Shown: positions 9,249 to 19,189 of the stretch, piece after piece
Position numbering within the stretch: the first letter of the stretch is position 1
Layout of the letters: the number at the start of each line of letters is the position of its first letter
Source: a virus
Length of the DNA: 64,000 bases
Virus record (IMG/VR): IMGVR_UViG_3300037502_003888
Location: 1-64,000 of that record
Reading direction: 5' to 3' (one strand)
Program-made: the position numbers and the translations under genes
The notes under the pieces: generated by a model
Told to the model about the DNA's origin: nothing
The model's input: only the letters and a program-made list of their open reading frames with translations
Databases searched by the model: none

Positions 9249-11148
9249 TCCACCTCTGGAAAAACTCCATGGGCACTGTCAACACATAGGCAGCATTGTC
9301 CTGTACGCCAAATGTCATCAATATGTGATCTCCTTGCTGAGCCATGCCACAGCAAAATTCTATCCTGGCGTCCAGGAAGGAAAAAGGTTGGCCATATTTT
9401 ATCACGTTCCAGTGTTGATCCCATGTCACCAACACATGTCGATATGTGCCATCTTTGCGGCCGCTTTCACTGCGATCTAGAAAAGCCAGATGTGTTATGG
9501 CTATCCTGCGATCACCCAAAGTCAAGACCTGGCTGCCGCCGCGGAGATCATAGGGCAGAGATTGGTACTGTCCTAGATGTATCTGCTGTGTACTGCGGGT
9601 ATCAGGGTCGTATCTCACCACTTCTGTGGGATTGCACCACTTCACGAATGTGTAGGGTTGATCCAAGACTGGCATCCAGTTTTTTTCGCAATAACTCTGG
9701 TCCGTGCCCGGAGCCGGCATGCGCTGTCGCGAGATCTCGCGTGGTGCAGCCCCGTCGATGTCAATCTCGCTGAGCTCCATGCGACCTTGACCATTGGTAG
9801 TGGTATCACGACGCACCCCGCAATAGAATATTCGATCTTGCCACTTGACCATGCGGACGTCTTCGAGGCCCACGAACTCCCACAGGGGTTTCACATCCAG
9901 CATTGACGTATCCACGGCCTTGACATCTCGCAGTGAGAGATCAGAATCAAGCTCACCAAAATAGTTGGTTGTGGTCAAGGTGCAGTCATTTTCTGGATGC
10001 AGATACAACAGTGGTCCCCACTCGTGCTCAAATCTTCGTTGTTCCGCGTGGAACAGCGTGTATTGACAATGTCGTATGTTGACCAGTGCGCGACCATGAT
10101 CCACCAGTATCGAAGGATTGAACAAGCCTGTACCATTGGTGGCATTAGAAGGCACCAACAGTGGGGCGATGCTACCACCGGCATCCAAGACTCTTGACAC
10201 GAAATTTTGTGATGCCGGCACAGAGGATCTCTCACTGGGTTCTCGGTGCTGTGGCAGCAAAAATTCACGCACCCTCGGCAACTGCCAGATTTCTTTGGGT
10301 AGCTGGCCAACGTCATAGGTTGCCCGGCGGAATTTGTGTTTGATCTGGAATCGGGATCCAATGGCCTGGGACACTTCCTGCAGGGTTTCGGCACTGATAT
10401 TGTTGATGCTGCTGGGATTGGCACCGTGCGCACAACTTTGGATTTTTGTGACCTTGGCTTGGGTGTCGCCCATCCAAGTAAAATGCCATCCTAGATTTTC
10501 AGCACGCTGGTTGTCCTGCACTGCATGTCCTGTTTGGAACTCTGCAGTGCGTTCGCTGCGCATCTCTGTGGGGGTTGCCAGGGCCAGTTGTGGATATCTG
10601 CACATCAGGAGACTGCGATCCCACCACACAGTTTTCCCGTGTTCATCCGTAAGTTGGCAATCCGCAGTGCCTTCCAGCAGCACCAAGGGTAATTTCAGCA
10701 CATAGTCTCGATGCTGGTGCAACATCTCGGCCACAAACTGCAAGCCAGCGGGATTGGGAATCTCGTCTACGTCGCCTAAAATGAACACTGAGTCAGTGGA
10801 ATATTGGCTGATGCGGCTCAACAAGGCATCTCGTTGCAGCCTCTGGCGTGTCCAGATCAAAACTTCGGTGTCTCTGCCGGCCTGCACTGCATCTTGGCGA
10901 TCTAGATCATTGGTGAACCGAGCAACATCACTGACATCTACTTGTATGATGTCAAATCTCTGCAAGGGTAGACCTAGTTGTCGGATATGCTGTTCAGCAC
11001 ACCACTCTCTGGGCTTGCCTTGGAATGTCTGGTTAGATTCGGCGATGACGAATCTATCCACATGATGTTGTAACACATGATATCTCAGTTCCAACAACTG
11101 GATTTCATTGTGATAGAGAAAGTAGTCTATTAGTGGGTAGGTAGGCAT
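9238..11148 (-). CDS. GT17-like glycosyltransferase fused to a GH130/GH43-like five-bladed beta-propeller
   Basis: N-half: NEIQLLELR, FVIAES, GDVDEIP, GWHFTWMG. C-half: FNPSI, GLEDVRM, EKNWMP, LRGGSQ, IEFCCGM, FGVQDN. Confidence 0.7.
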   Translation of the reverse strand: MPTYPLIDYFLYHNEIQLLELRYHVLQHHVDRFVIAESNQTFQGKPREWCAEQHIRQLGLPLQRFDIIQVDVSDVARFTNDLDRQDAVQAGRDTEVLIWTRQRLQRDALLSRISQYSTDSVFILGDVDEIPNPAGLQFVAEMLHQHRDYVLKLPLVLLEGTADCQLTDEHGKTVWWDRSLLMCRYPQLALATPTEMRSERTAEFQTGHAVQDNQRAENLGWHFTWMGDTQAKVTKIQSCAHGANPSSINNISAETLQEVSQAIGSRFQIKHKFRRATYDVGQLPKEIWQLPRVREFLLPQHREPSERSSVPASQNFVSRVLDAGGSIAPLLVPSNATNGTGLFNPSILVDHGRALVNIRHCQYTLFHAEQRRFEHEWGPLLYLHPENDCTLTTTNYFGELDSDLSLRDVKAVDTSMLDVKPLWEFVGLEDVRMVKWQDRIFYCGVRRDTTTNGQGRMELSEIDIDGAAPREISRQRMPAPGTDQSYCEKNWMPVLDQPYTFVKWCNPTEVVRYDPDTRSTQQIHLGQYQSLPYDLRGGSQVLTLGDRRIAITHLAFLDRSESGRKDGTYRHVLVTWDQHWNVIKYGQPFSFLDARIEFCCGMAQQGDHILMTFGVQDNAAYVLTVPMEFFQRWIDE

Positions 11149-11152
11149 GGAT

Positions 11153-11180
11153 TCACGGACCCGAAGATCCGTGATATTTA
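11153..11180 (-). promoter_or_regulatory. Late promoter TAAATA (11175-11180) directly followed by a 9-bp cUUCGg hairpin (11153-11174)
   Basis: Minus strand reads TAAATA TCACGGATC TTCG GGTCCGTGA ATCC ATG. Confidence 0.6.
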
Positions 11181-11185
11181 CACTG

Positions 11186-14100
11186 CTATTTGTTCAGATG
11201 GTCTAATTTTGAACGTAGATCTGTGATCTGCGATTGCTGTTCTTTGACCGCTTCAATCAACAATGCAATGAGACCGTTATATGTCACAGACCTCACACCA
11301 TCATTGGTGAATTTAACCAATTCTGGCAGCACTGGTTCTAGATCTTGTGCGATCACACCCACACTAGCCTTGCCGGTTTCTTTGTATTGGAAATGTACTC
11401 CTCGCAGGCTGGCTACTTTATCCAAGGGATTGATGATCTCGACTATGTTGGTCTTCATGGCGAGATCAGAAAGTGTGTTGAAATCTACTGCTGCCACTTC
11501 ACCAGTGCCGGCATTGAATGTAAACGCTGTGGCCGTAGTACGTACCCTGGCAGTTTGGTTGCTGCCAGCTGCTGCAATAAACACTGGATAATATGTGCCC
11601 GCTGCTGTGGTGTTGGTAGCATTGATGTCAGTACTGGGTCCAGTGACTCCTTGCAGGCCTTGTAGACCTTGTAGGCCCTGGAGTCCAGTAAAACCTTGGA
11701 GACCTTGTAGACCTTGCAGTCCCTGAAGGCCTTGCGACCCCTGTAATCCCTGTAGACCTTGTAGACCTTGCAGTCCCTGAAGACCTTGCAATCCTTGTGT
11801 GCCTTGAGTGCCTTGCGTTCCTTGGGTGCCCTGTGGTCCTTGTAGACCTTGCAGTCCCTGAAGGCCTTGCAATCCTTGGGTGCCTTGGGTGCCTTGCGTT
11901 CCTTGGGTGCCCTGCGGACCCTGGATGCCTTGTAGACCCTGGGTGCCTTGCGGTCCTTGTGTACCCTGAGTGCCCTGCACGCCTTGCGTGCCTTGCGGAC
12001 CCTGGACGCCTTGTAGCCCTTGGAGTCCTTGGAGTCCTTGGAGTCCCTGAACACCTTGGGTGCCTTGAACACCCTGGGTACCTTGGGTGCCCTGCGGACC
12101 TTGGATGCCCTGGAGGCCTTGCAAGCCCTGTACACCCTGGGTGCCTTGTACACCCTGGGTGCCCTGCGGACCCTGGATGCCTTGGGTTCCTTGTAGTCCC
12201 TGTACACCTTGGGTGCCTTGTACACCCTGGGTGCCCTGCGGACCTTGGATGCCTTGGAGACCTTGCAGTCCTTGAGCACCCTGTGTGCCTTGCACTCCCT
12301 GGGTGCCCTGCGGACCCTGGATGCCTTGGGTTCCTTGTAGTCCCTGTACACCTTGAGTGCCTTGTACACCTTGGGTGCCCTGAGGTCCTTGCAGACCCTG
12401 GAGGCCTTGCAAGCCCTGTACACCCTGGGTGCCTTGTACACCCTGGGTGCCCTGCGGACCTTGGATGCCTTGGAGACCTTGGAGTCCCTGGAGTCCTTGT
12501 ACACCCTGTGTGCCTTGTACACCCTGGGTGCCCTGAGGTCCTTGCAGGCCCTGGAGGCCTTGGATACCAAACAATCCCTGGATTCCCTGTGTGCCCTGCG
12601 GTCCTTGCGTGCCCTGTGTGCCCTGTGCTCCTGTGAGACCCTGCACACCCTGTGTGTTTATCACAAACAGAACTTCTGCATCATCAGCAAAACCCGTGGT
12701 GCCTATACCGCCCGATGACACCAGTGACACAGGATAGGTGTAATATTCATTGACAGTGCCAGAGTTTACTACAGTGGGATTTCCAGTGAGTTGCCACTCC
12801 TGGAAGTCTTCATTGGCGGCACGACCTTGGATGTAAAACACCTGACCAGTGACTAGATTTCCCAAGAATCTACCAATGTCATCACCGAGAGCATCCAGGT
12901 GAAACACATTGATCTGGGTGGCGCTGGTCTGTGTGAGGTTATTCCAGAGTAGATAACCCGACGGAGGTTGACCACTGGTTATAGAAGTCTCAGCCAAGTA
13001 GTTGAATATTGAACTGCTGCTGCCCGACAGTCCCTGGAGTCCGGTAATACCTTGTAATCCTTGAGGTCCCTGTAATCCTTGGGTTCCTTGGAATCCCAAT
13101 AGGCCTTGCACCCCTTGTGTGCCTTGTACACCCTGGGTGCCCTGAGGTCCTTGGATGCCTTGGAGTCCTTGTAGGCCTTGCGTTCCTTGGGTGCCCTGCA
13201 CGCCTTGCGTGCCTTGCGGACCCTGGACGCCTTGCAGGCCCTGCAGTCCCTGTACACCTTGAGTGCCTTGTACACCCTGGGTGCCTTGCGGTCCTTGGAT
13301 GCCTTGCAGGCCCTGGGTACCTTGTATACCAAATGTGCCTTGTACACCTTGGGTGCCCTGCGGACCTTGGATGCCCTGGAGGCCTTGCAGTCCCTGTACA
13401 CCTTGAGTGCCTTGTACACCCTGGGTGCCTTGCGGACCCTGGATGCCTTGGAGGCCCTGGGTACCTTGTATACCAAATGTTCCTTGTACACCCTGGGTGC
13501 CTTGCATACCTTGTGTGCCTTGGAGGCCCTGGGTACCTTGTATACCAAATGTTCCTTGTACACCCTGAATGCCTTGCACACCTTGTGTGCCTTGCAGGCC
13601 TTGCAGGCCTTGTAGGCCCTGAGTGCCTTGTGTGCCTTGCACACCTTGTGTGCCTTGGGTTCCCTGCAGGCCCTGATTTCCTTGCAGGCCTTGTAGGCCC
13701 TGAGTACCTTGTGTGCCTTGCACACCTTGTGTGCCTTGGGTTCCCTGCAGGCCCTGATTTCCTTGCAGGCCTTGTAGGCCCTGAGTACCTTGTGTGCCTT
13801 GCACACCTTGGGTTCCCTGTGTGCCTTGCGTGCCCTGCAACCCTTGCGTTCCTTGTACTCCTTGCGTACCTTGTGTGCCTTGAGGTCCCTGTAGACCTTG
13901 GATACCCTGTGGTCCTTTGATTTCTCCTACGTTTTGCCACACTGAGCCATTGTATACCCAAAGGTTACCTGTGGACTGATCAATCACGCTGTCATTGGCT
14001 ACCCTGGATGGAAAAGTGTTGTTTAACAGTACCTGAGGGTCTCCAGGAGGAACAACATTTACGTCTGGAACGGAACCAATGATGGTGATACCAGATCCGG

Positions 14101-16177
14101 TGAGACCTTGTACACCTTGCGTGCCCTGCAATCCTTGCAATCCCTGCAGGCCTTGGAGTCCCTGGATCCCCTGTGAACCTTGGGTGCCCTGCACACCTTG
14201 TGTGCCTTGGGTGCCCTGTACACCTTGAATGCCTTGAAACACTGCTGCACCGCTGAGACCTTGTGTGCCCTGTGCACCTTGCAGGCCTTGCAGTCCCTGC
14301 ACACCCTGTGTGCCTTGCAAACCTGTGGTGCCTTGCACTCCCTGGGTTCCTTGCACACCTTGTAGACCTTGCACTCCCTGCTGATTAATAATCAACAGCA
14401 GTTGTTGACCGTTGGGAAAGTTAGTGGTTCCAAAACTAGCAGAGTCCAGCAGCGAGACTTGATACTGCACAAAGCCGTCGATCTGCACCGGAGTAGCTGT
14501 GACTACCCATTCTTGATATGATGTGGCGTCTGCTCTAGACTGCAGCACAAATCGCTGATTGACACCGATGTTGATGAGGAATCTCAATACATCGTCCTGC
14601 AAGGCGTCTACAACATTGACATTGATGACGTTGGAATTGATCTGTGTGCTTGAATCCGACCAAGTGATCGTGCCCTGATTAGGGACTGATCCAGGCCAAA
14701 ACGCCACATAGTTAAAGATACTGCTGCTGATGCCGCTGGGACCTTGCAGGCCCTGGGTGCCTTGCAGGCCCTGGGTGCCTTGCAGGCCCTGGGTGCCTTG
14801 CAGACCCTGTACTCCAAATGTACCTTGTGTGCCTTGTGTACCTTGTGTGCCTTGGTTACCAAGATTGCCCTGCACGCCTTGTGTGCCCTGGACCCCTTGT
14901 CCAGCAAAAGCGCCCGAAATACCCTGCGATCCTTGCAGGCCTAGATCACCCTGAAGGCCCTGTGTGCCTTGCAGTCCCTGTGTGCCCTGACCAGCAAAAG
15001 TACCGGCTGGACCTTGTACTCCCAACACACCTTGGAGACCTTGGAGACCTTGGATACCTTGTATGCCTGCACCTGCTGCCCATGTGAGATTGCCCGAACC
15101 ATCGGTGCGTAAGAACTGTCCCGAACTACCGCCGGTGATGGTGACATTGCCCACGGGGCCCAACACCGCAGCATTTACTTCTAGTCTTGCACCTTTTAGA
15201 GTCGCTGCAGCAGTGATGTTGCCGCTGATGTTGGCCGAGCTACCGCTGAGCATTCCTGAATATACAGGCAGGTAACTTTCTACGTTGGCATTGCTGTAGG
15301 TAGCAGGCAAACCAGTGAGTTGGCTACCATTGCCTAGGATATATTGTCCTGAGATATTGCCCGATGCAGTGATGTTGCCGGTGGCTGTGATCCTGCCTGT
15401 GACATCTAGACCCTGCGTAGAAATCACTGCTACGTTGGGTGTTGACGCCACACGTATCACCACGTTGCTGTTGGCAGCGGGAATGTTTACCTGTGTGAGA
15501 TCATTGCTGATGCTGCTGCCTGAGGCTTGTACATTGCCTTGCAAGACAAATTGACCGCCTGCGGGATTGGTGATGATCACCGCAGTGGCATTGCTCTGTA
15601 TGGTAGCTGTGTTGAGATACAGCGTGTTGCCTGAGAGATGCAGATCTCCCCAGCGTAGATCAGCTGAACCGAGATTGTAAGTATCATCTGCTGCAGGCAG
15701 GAGATTGCCGCGCAGCGAGGTGTTGAATCTGCCCACCACCATGACATTGCTCTGCGTCTGCACGCTCATGGTGATATTGCCGTTGGCAGTGGCGATGTTT
15801 ACATTGCTGGCACCATTTGAGATTATGGGTCCAGCTGATGCCACTACACCCGTGAGTCCCGACCCGTTGCCTACGAAAGCCTGGGCATATACTGTGTCAA
15901 ACTGTGCGCCCGGCGAACCAATGTCGTAGACCCCGCTGACGCTGGGCATGATAGCACTGTTGGCCTGGATGTTACCTATGCCATTGGCTGCCAACACCAC
16001 GTTGTTGTTTACACCAGTAACAGTGATGGTATTACCGGTTATGACTATGTTGGAGCCCACAGGACCCGCAGAATAGATTTCGGTAAAATTGTTGTTGACA
16101 GCATCAAACGCTTGGCGCAGTGATTCTCCAGTGCCATCGTTGGGTGCTTCGCCGGTGTTTATGATCTCTTGTGCCAT
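11186..16177 (-). CDS. Collagen-like long fibre protein with C-terminal peptidase S74 intramolecular chaperone
   Basis: N-terminal [19 protein letters not shown] (T4 gp9/gp10-like attachment motif); four Gly-X-Gln blocks; C-terminal SDLAMKTNI...[15 protein letters not shown]...[14 protein letters not shown]. Confidence 0.88.
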   Translation of the reverse strand: MAQEIINTGEAPNDGTGESLRQAFDAVNNNFTEIYSAGPVGSNIVITGNTITVTGVNNNVVLAANGIGNIQANSAIMPSVSGVYDIGSPGAQFDTVYAQAFVGNGSGLTGVVASAGPIISNGASNVNIATANGNITMSVQTQSNVMVVGRFNTSLRGNLLPAADDTYNLGSADLRWGDLHLSGNTLYLNTATIQSNATAVIITNPAGGQFVLQGNVQASGSSISNDLTQVNIPAANSNVVIRVASTPNVAVISTQGLDVTGRITATGNITASGNISGQYILGNGSQLTGLPATYSNANVESYLPVYSGMLSGSSANISGNITAAATLKGARLEVNAAVLGPVGNVTITGGSSGQFLRTDGSGNLTWAAGAGIQGIQGLQGLQGVLGVQGPAGTFAGQGTQGLQGTQGLQGDLGLQGSQGISGAFAGQGVQGTQGVQGNLGNQGTQGTQGTQGTFGVQGLQGTQGLQGTQGLQGTQGLQGPSGISSSIFNYVAFWPGSVPNQGTITWSDSSTQINSNVINVNVVDALQDDVLRFLINIGVNQRFVLQSRADATSYQEWVVTATPVQIDGFVQYQVSLLDSASFGTTNFPNGQQLLLIINQQGVQGLQGVQGTQGVQGTTGLQGTQGVQGLQGLQGAQGTQGLSGAAVFQGIQGVQGTQGTQGVQGTQGSQGIQGLQGLQGLQGLQGTQGVQGLTGSGITIIGSVPDVNVVPPGDPQVLLNNTFPSRVANDSVIDQSTGNLWVYNGSVWQNVGEIKGPQGIQGLQGPQGTQGTQGVQGTQGLQGTQGTQGTQGVQGTQGTQGLQGLQGNQGLQGTQGTQGVQGTQGTQGLQGLQGNQGLQGTQGTQGVQGTQGTQGLQGLQGLQGTQGVQGIQGVQGTFGIQGTQGLQGTQGMQGTQGVQGTFGIQGTQGLQGIQGPQGTQGVQGTQGVQGLQGLQGIQGPQGTQGVQGTFGIQGTQGLQGIQGPQGTQGVQGTQGVQGLQGLQGVQGPQGTQGVQGTQGTQGLQGLQGIQGPQGTQGVQGTQGVQGLLGFQGTQGLQGPQGLQGITGLQGLSGSSSSIFNYLAETSITSGQPPSGYLLWNNLTQTSATQINVFHLDALGDDIGRFLGNLVTGQVFYIQGRAANEDFQEWQLTGNPTVVNSGTVNEYYTYPVSLVSSGGIGTTGFADDAEVLFVINTQGVQGLTGAQGTQGTQGPQGTQGIQGLFGIQGLQGLQGPQGTQGVQGTQGVQGLQGLQGLQGIQGPQGTQGVQGTQGVQGLQGLQGLQGPQGTQGVQGTQGVQGLQGTQGIQGPQGTQGVQGTQGAQGLQGLQGIQGPQGTQGVQGTQGVQGLQGTQGIQGPQGTQGVQGTQGVQGLQGLQGIQGPQGTQGTQGVQGTQGVQGLQGLQGLQGLQGVQGPQGTQGVQGTQGTQGPQGTQGLQGIQGPQGTQGTQGTQGTQGLQGLQGLQGLQGPQGTQGTQGTQGTQGLQGLQGLQGLQGLQGLQGSQGLQGLQGLQGLQGFTGLQGLQGLQGLQGVTGPSTDINATNTTAAGTYYPVFIAAAGSNQTARVRTTATAFTFNAGTGEVAAVDFNTLSDLAMKTNIVEIINPLDKVASLRGVHFQYKETGKASVGVIAQDLEPVLPELVKFTNDGVRSVTYNGLIALLIEAVKEQQSQITDLRSKLDHLNK
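11640..15065 (-). repeat. Four blocks of 9-nt (Gly-X-Gln) tandem repeats with 72-nt higher-order units
   Basis: Blocks at about 11640-12655, 13025-13915, 14100-14380 and 14735-15065; e.g. the same 30-mer recurs at 12181 and 12325 (2x72 nt). Confidence 0.9.
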
Positions 16178-16185
16178 AGAAGTGC

Positions 16186-16214
16186 AGGTCCTTGGTGTAT
16201 TTACCTAAAGACCT
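16186..16214 (-). promoter_or_regulatory. Late promoter TAAATA (16198-16203) inside a hairpin that pairs the AAGGA SD-like site
   Basis: Minus strand AGGTCTTT-A-GGT AAATAC ACC-AAGGACCT. Confidence 0.55.
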
Positions 16215-16232
16215 AGTTCCGGATCCGCGGGA

Positions 16233-16490
16233 TCAGTTGAGATCTACCCAGGCCGCACCGGTATAGCCCTGGAAGACAGTACCGGTACTGTTGAACACCA
16301 TCATGCCTGCTGCAGGCACGGGTATGGCCGCATCTCGGGCAGCGTTGTCGGCGTAAACTGGTAGCTGGATAAACCTGCCCACGGTCACATCTCCGTCTAG
16401 CACCACATGATCTGTAGTGATGGTCACTGAGCTGCCCGGGGTCACAGTTTCTATGATGTAGTCGCCGCTGATGCGTTTGGTGGTGCTCAT
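16233..16490 (-). CDS. Small fibre-like structural protein
   Basis: LPVYADNAARDAAIPVPAAGMMVFNSTGTVFQGYTGAAW resembles trimeric fibre modules; TAAATA at 16508-16513 and AAAGGA SD upstream. Confidence 0.65.
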   Translation of the reverse strand: MSTTKRISGDYIIETVTPGSSVTITTDHVVLDGDVTVGRFIQLPVYADNAARDAAIPVPAAGMMVFNSTGTVFQGYTGAAWVDLN

Positions 16491-17078
16491 TTAGATATCC
16501 TTTTGAGTATTTATGCGGCGCAGGAATTCCGCCATGGTGATGCTGCCAAAGTTGGCATCTTGACGCAGCTCGGCTACCTCGGCCGTGGTATCACCATGCA
16601 CGCGTATCCATGTGATGCTGGGGAATTGCCGGAAAATCGTGCGCAGTTGTCGCACCCAGTTGCCGCTGTATGTGGCACGGGCTGCGCTGCGCTTGTAAAA
16701 TTCTGTGTCGGCATAGACATTGTTGAAACGATCTCCGGGCAACCCTCCGAGATCAAACCCCAAGAGATACACACGATGTGCACCTTGCTGTGCGGCCAGC
16801 GCCGCTGCAGCGGGTCCTGACGAGAATCCATACCAATCCTGGGGGATGCGCCGCGCACCAAATCCCTCCATGGGCCGGCGTGTGTAGAACACATGATTGC
16901 GGCTGTAGCCCGAATTCTGTATGGCTTCGGCAATGGGTCGATCCGTGGCCACCAGCACATCTGGTGTGAACTCTCGGTACATGGCATTGCACGCGAAAAT
17001 CGCGCCGTGATCACGCAGGCGATGCACGTCTACCGCCAATCTACTGCGTCCGTTGCCCAATACGAATGCTGTGGTCAT
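16491..17078 (-). CDS. DUF115/MptE/Maf-like (sialyltransferase-like fold) protein
   Basis: AFVLGNGRSR, ACNAMYR..PDVLVATD, SSGPAA, VYLLGFDL, NNVY motifs. Confidence 0.55.
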   Translation of the reverse strand: MTTAFVLGNGRSRLAVDVHRLRDHGAIFACNAMYREFTPDVLVATDRPIAEAIQNSGYSRNHVFYTRRPMEGFGARRIPQDWYGFSSGPAAAALAAQQGAHRVYLLGFDLGGLPGDRFNNVYADTEFYKRSAARATYSGNWVRQLRTIFRQFPSITWIRVHGDTTAEVAELRQDANFGSITMAEFLRRINTQKDI

Positions 17079-17110
17079 AAAAAATCCTCCCAGTAATTAG
17101 CTGGGAGGAT
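17079..17110 (-). terminator. Rho-independent terminator whose 3' arm contains the SD of the next gene
   Basis: ATCCTCCCAG-ctaatta-CTGGGAGGAT then a T-tract and ATG (17078). Confidence 0.7.
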
Positions 17111-17126
17111 CTCTGGGCAAAACTGA

Positions 17127-17903
17127 TTACGATGTGGCGTTCTGCACGATGGCCAGATCCAGCAAGTTCTGCTGACCGTTCTGTACGGTGCCGGTGTTGG
17201 CAGCACCAGTGGTACCCGACTTGATGGGCGTGCCTTCGTCCGAGAAGAAGTTGGCCAGGAAACGCTTGTCTGCCACCACTGAAGTGGCAGCATAGTTGTT
17301 GCCTCCGGCCCAGTCCAGGAGGAATCTGTTGGTGAGCTTGGAGATGTAAACTTCCGAGCTGGCGTCATCGGTATAGGCTATGCTCATGAGTCCGTTGCCA
17401 GGCGAGCCAGCATTGGTCAGCACGCACACACCCACGAGGTTCACGCGACCAGTGCCGGTGTTGGCGATGTTGCCAGTGGCTGTGAATATTGTGCCCACAG
17501 CAGCCGTACCAACTACGCCTACGCTGGCCCAATTGGTGTTGCCCACGGTAGTGATGCGATATGCATTGCCTATGACCACTGCTGTCCGAGAAGTAGCATC
17601 GCCCACTAGATACTTGTGCGCACCTTTTTGGCGCAGGATGTAACCCGCTGCCGAGCCTGCCGCTGATCCAGTGGCCAGGGTGATGTTGACTTCCACTACC
17701 ACTCTGGGAAACGTAGCAGATGTAGCCGTGCTACTTGCTCCACCCACTACACCATAGAACTGGTTGGTGTTGAATGTTGGGGGATACACAGGGTCTGTGA
17801 GTGATCCAAAGTTTGGATAACCTTGATCCACGGGCACTGCAGCGCCCGGAGAGTTGATGCCAGAGTTGGCTGAATATTTTTGTATCTTGAGAGGACGTCC
17901 CAT
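17127..17903 (-). CDS. Putative virion structural protein (258 aa), function unknown
   Basis: Start re-assigned to ATG 17903 (MGRPLKIQK) with AGGAG SD; own late promoter and terminator; Gly/Thr/Ala-rich. Confidence 0.7.
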   Translation of the reverse strand: MGRPLKIQKYSANSGINSPGAAVPVDQGYPNFGSLTDPVYPPTFNTNQFYGVVGGASSTATSATFPRVVVEVNITLATGSAAGSAAGYILRQKGAHKYLVGDATSRTAVVIGNAYRITTVGNTNWASVGVVGTAAVGTIFTATGNIANTGTGRVNLVGVCVLTNAGSPGNGLMSIAYTDDASSEVYISKLTNRFLLDWAGGNNYAATSVVADKRFLANFFSDEGTPIKSGTTGAANTGTVQNGQQNLLDLAIVQNATS

Positions 17904-17998
17904 TTGTTTTCTCCTATAAAGAAGTCCGATCCGGGTTCTAGCCGGTACGCGGTGGGTTAGCAGCCGCATAAGACGCAGTCGGCGTCAAAAGCTATTTA
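17904..17998 (-). promoter_or_regulatory. Late promoter TAAATA (17993-17998) and structured ~85-nt 5' leader
   Basis: Four consecutive short stems between promoter and ATG. Confidence 0.55.
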
Positions 17999-18029
17999 CA
18001 GGAAAACCAGGAGACATTAAACTACACAG

Positions 18030-18035
18030 TAAATA
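18030..18035 (+). promoter_or_regulatory. Late promoter TAAATA, leaderless arrangement
   Basis: 5 nt upstream of ATG 18041, no SD between them. Confidence 0.6.
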
Positions 18036-18040
18036 TACCC

Positions 18041-19189
18041 ATGGACACAGAATTCCTCATCGAACAAGGCAACCAACATCGCAGCGACCGTAGATATGAC
18101 GATGCTCTGCGATGCTATCTCCTGGCAGCAGCCCAGGATCCGTCCAGTGTGGCGGCGTTCAACAACTACGGCAATGTCACCAGAGAGCTGGGCCGTCCAG
18201 CACAGGCCAGGCCTTGGCTGGAACACGCACGGAGCTTGGCACCGGATTTTGTCACGGCAGAATTCAATCTCGCCGTGGCAGCTCTCTTGGAAGGCGACTA
18301 CGCACGGGGCTGGCCTCTGTACGAGAGCCGCTGGCGCTATGAACATCTAGCAGGCACCTTGCCAAAACACCAGCAACCTCGCTGGGAAGGCCAGGATCTC
18401 CGGGGTCGCACCCTGCTGGTGGTGGGCGAACAAGGTCACGGCGACATCATACAGATGTCGAGATTCTTGTGGTATCCGCATCAGAGCGGAGCACGCATCA
18501 TGCTGCAGGCCAACAGCAATGTGCTGCCGCTGTTTGCCAACAGCAATATCATCGCTGAACTCATTGACGCTGACAGCGACCCGGGCGATTTTGATTACTG
18601 GATACCCATGATGAGCCTGCCACGAGTGCTGGGAGTGACCCTGGAGAATCTCGCGTCCACCACAGGATATCTCAATGCCAACAGCGATCTAGTGAAAACT
18701 TGGGGCTCACAGCTGGGACTCAAGCGCCGCATGCGTGTGGCCCTGGCCTGGCGCGGTAGACCCGACAGCTGGCTCAATCAACACAAAGGTGTGCCAGTGA
18801 CGTTGATAGCACAGCTGGTACAGGCCAATCCCCAGGTCGAATGGTACAACTTGCAGATGGACTCTACTCCAGATGAATCCCTGATGATGACTGATCTCGG
18901 TGTGCGCAGCTGGAGGGATCACATCGCCAACTGGGCCGACACTGCTGCGCTGGTGCATCACTGCGATGTGGTGGTGTCGGCCGACACGGCCCTGGCACAC
19001 CTGGGTGGTGCCTTGGGACGTCCTACCTGGATCATGTTGAATCGTTTTGCAACAGATTGGCGTTGGTTACTGGATCGCAGTGACTCACCTTGGTACAACA
19101 CAGTGAGATTGTTCCGCCAGCCTGCCATGGATCACTGGGAGCCGGTCATGACCGACATACAGCGTTACATCACCTGGTTCAAGGTCTAG
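18041..19189 (+). CDS. TPR plus GT-B (GT9/heptosyltransferase-like) glycosyltransferase
   Basis: TPR repeats (AFNNYGNV, AEFNLAVAALLEGDY), EQGHGDIIQ, ADTAALVHHCDVVVSADTALAHLGGALGRPTW, DWRWLLDRSDSPWY. Confidence 0.8.
   Translation: MDTEFLIEQGNQHRSDRRYDDALRCYLLAAAQDPSSVAAFNNYGNVTRELGRPAQARPWLEHARSLAPDFVTAEFNLAVAALLEGDYARGWPLYESRWRYEHLAGTLPKHQQPRWEGQDLRGRTLLVVGEQGHGDIIQMSRFLWYPHQSGARIMLQANSNVLPLFANSNIIAELIDADSDPGDFDYWIPMMSLPRVLGVTLENLASTTGYLNANSDLVKTWGSQLGLKRRMRVALAWRGRPDSWLNQHKGVPVTLIAQLVQANPQVEWYNLQMDSTPDESLMMTDLGVRSWRDHIANWADTAALVHHCDVVVSADTALAHLGGALGRPTWIMLNRFATDWRWLLDRSDSPWYNTVRLFRQPAMDHWEPVMTDIQRYITWFKV

Noticed and set aside
11485-15174. Repetitive alternative-frame ORFs and a CRISPR-like appearance
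   Set aside because: By-products of Gly-X-Gln codon repeats; no constant repeat with unique spacers and no cas genes.
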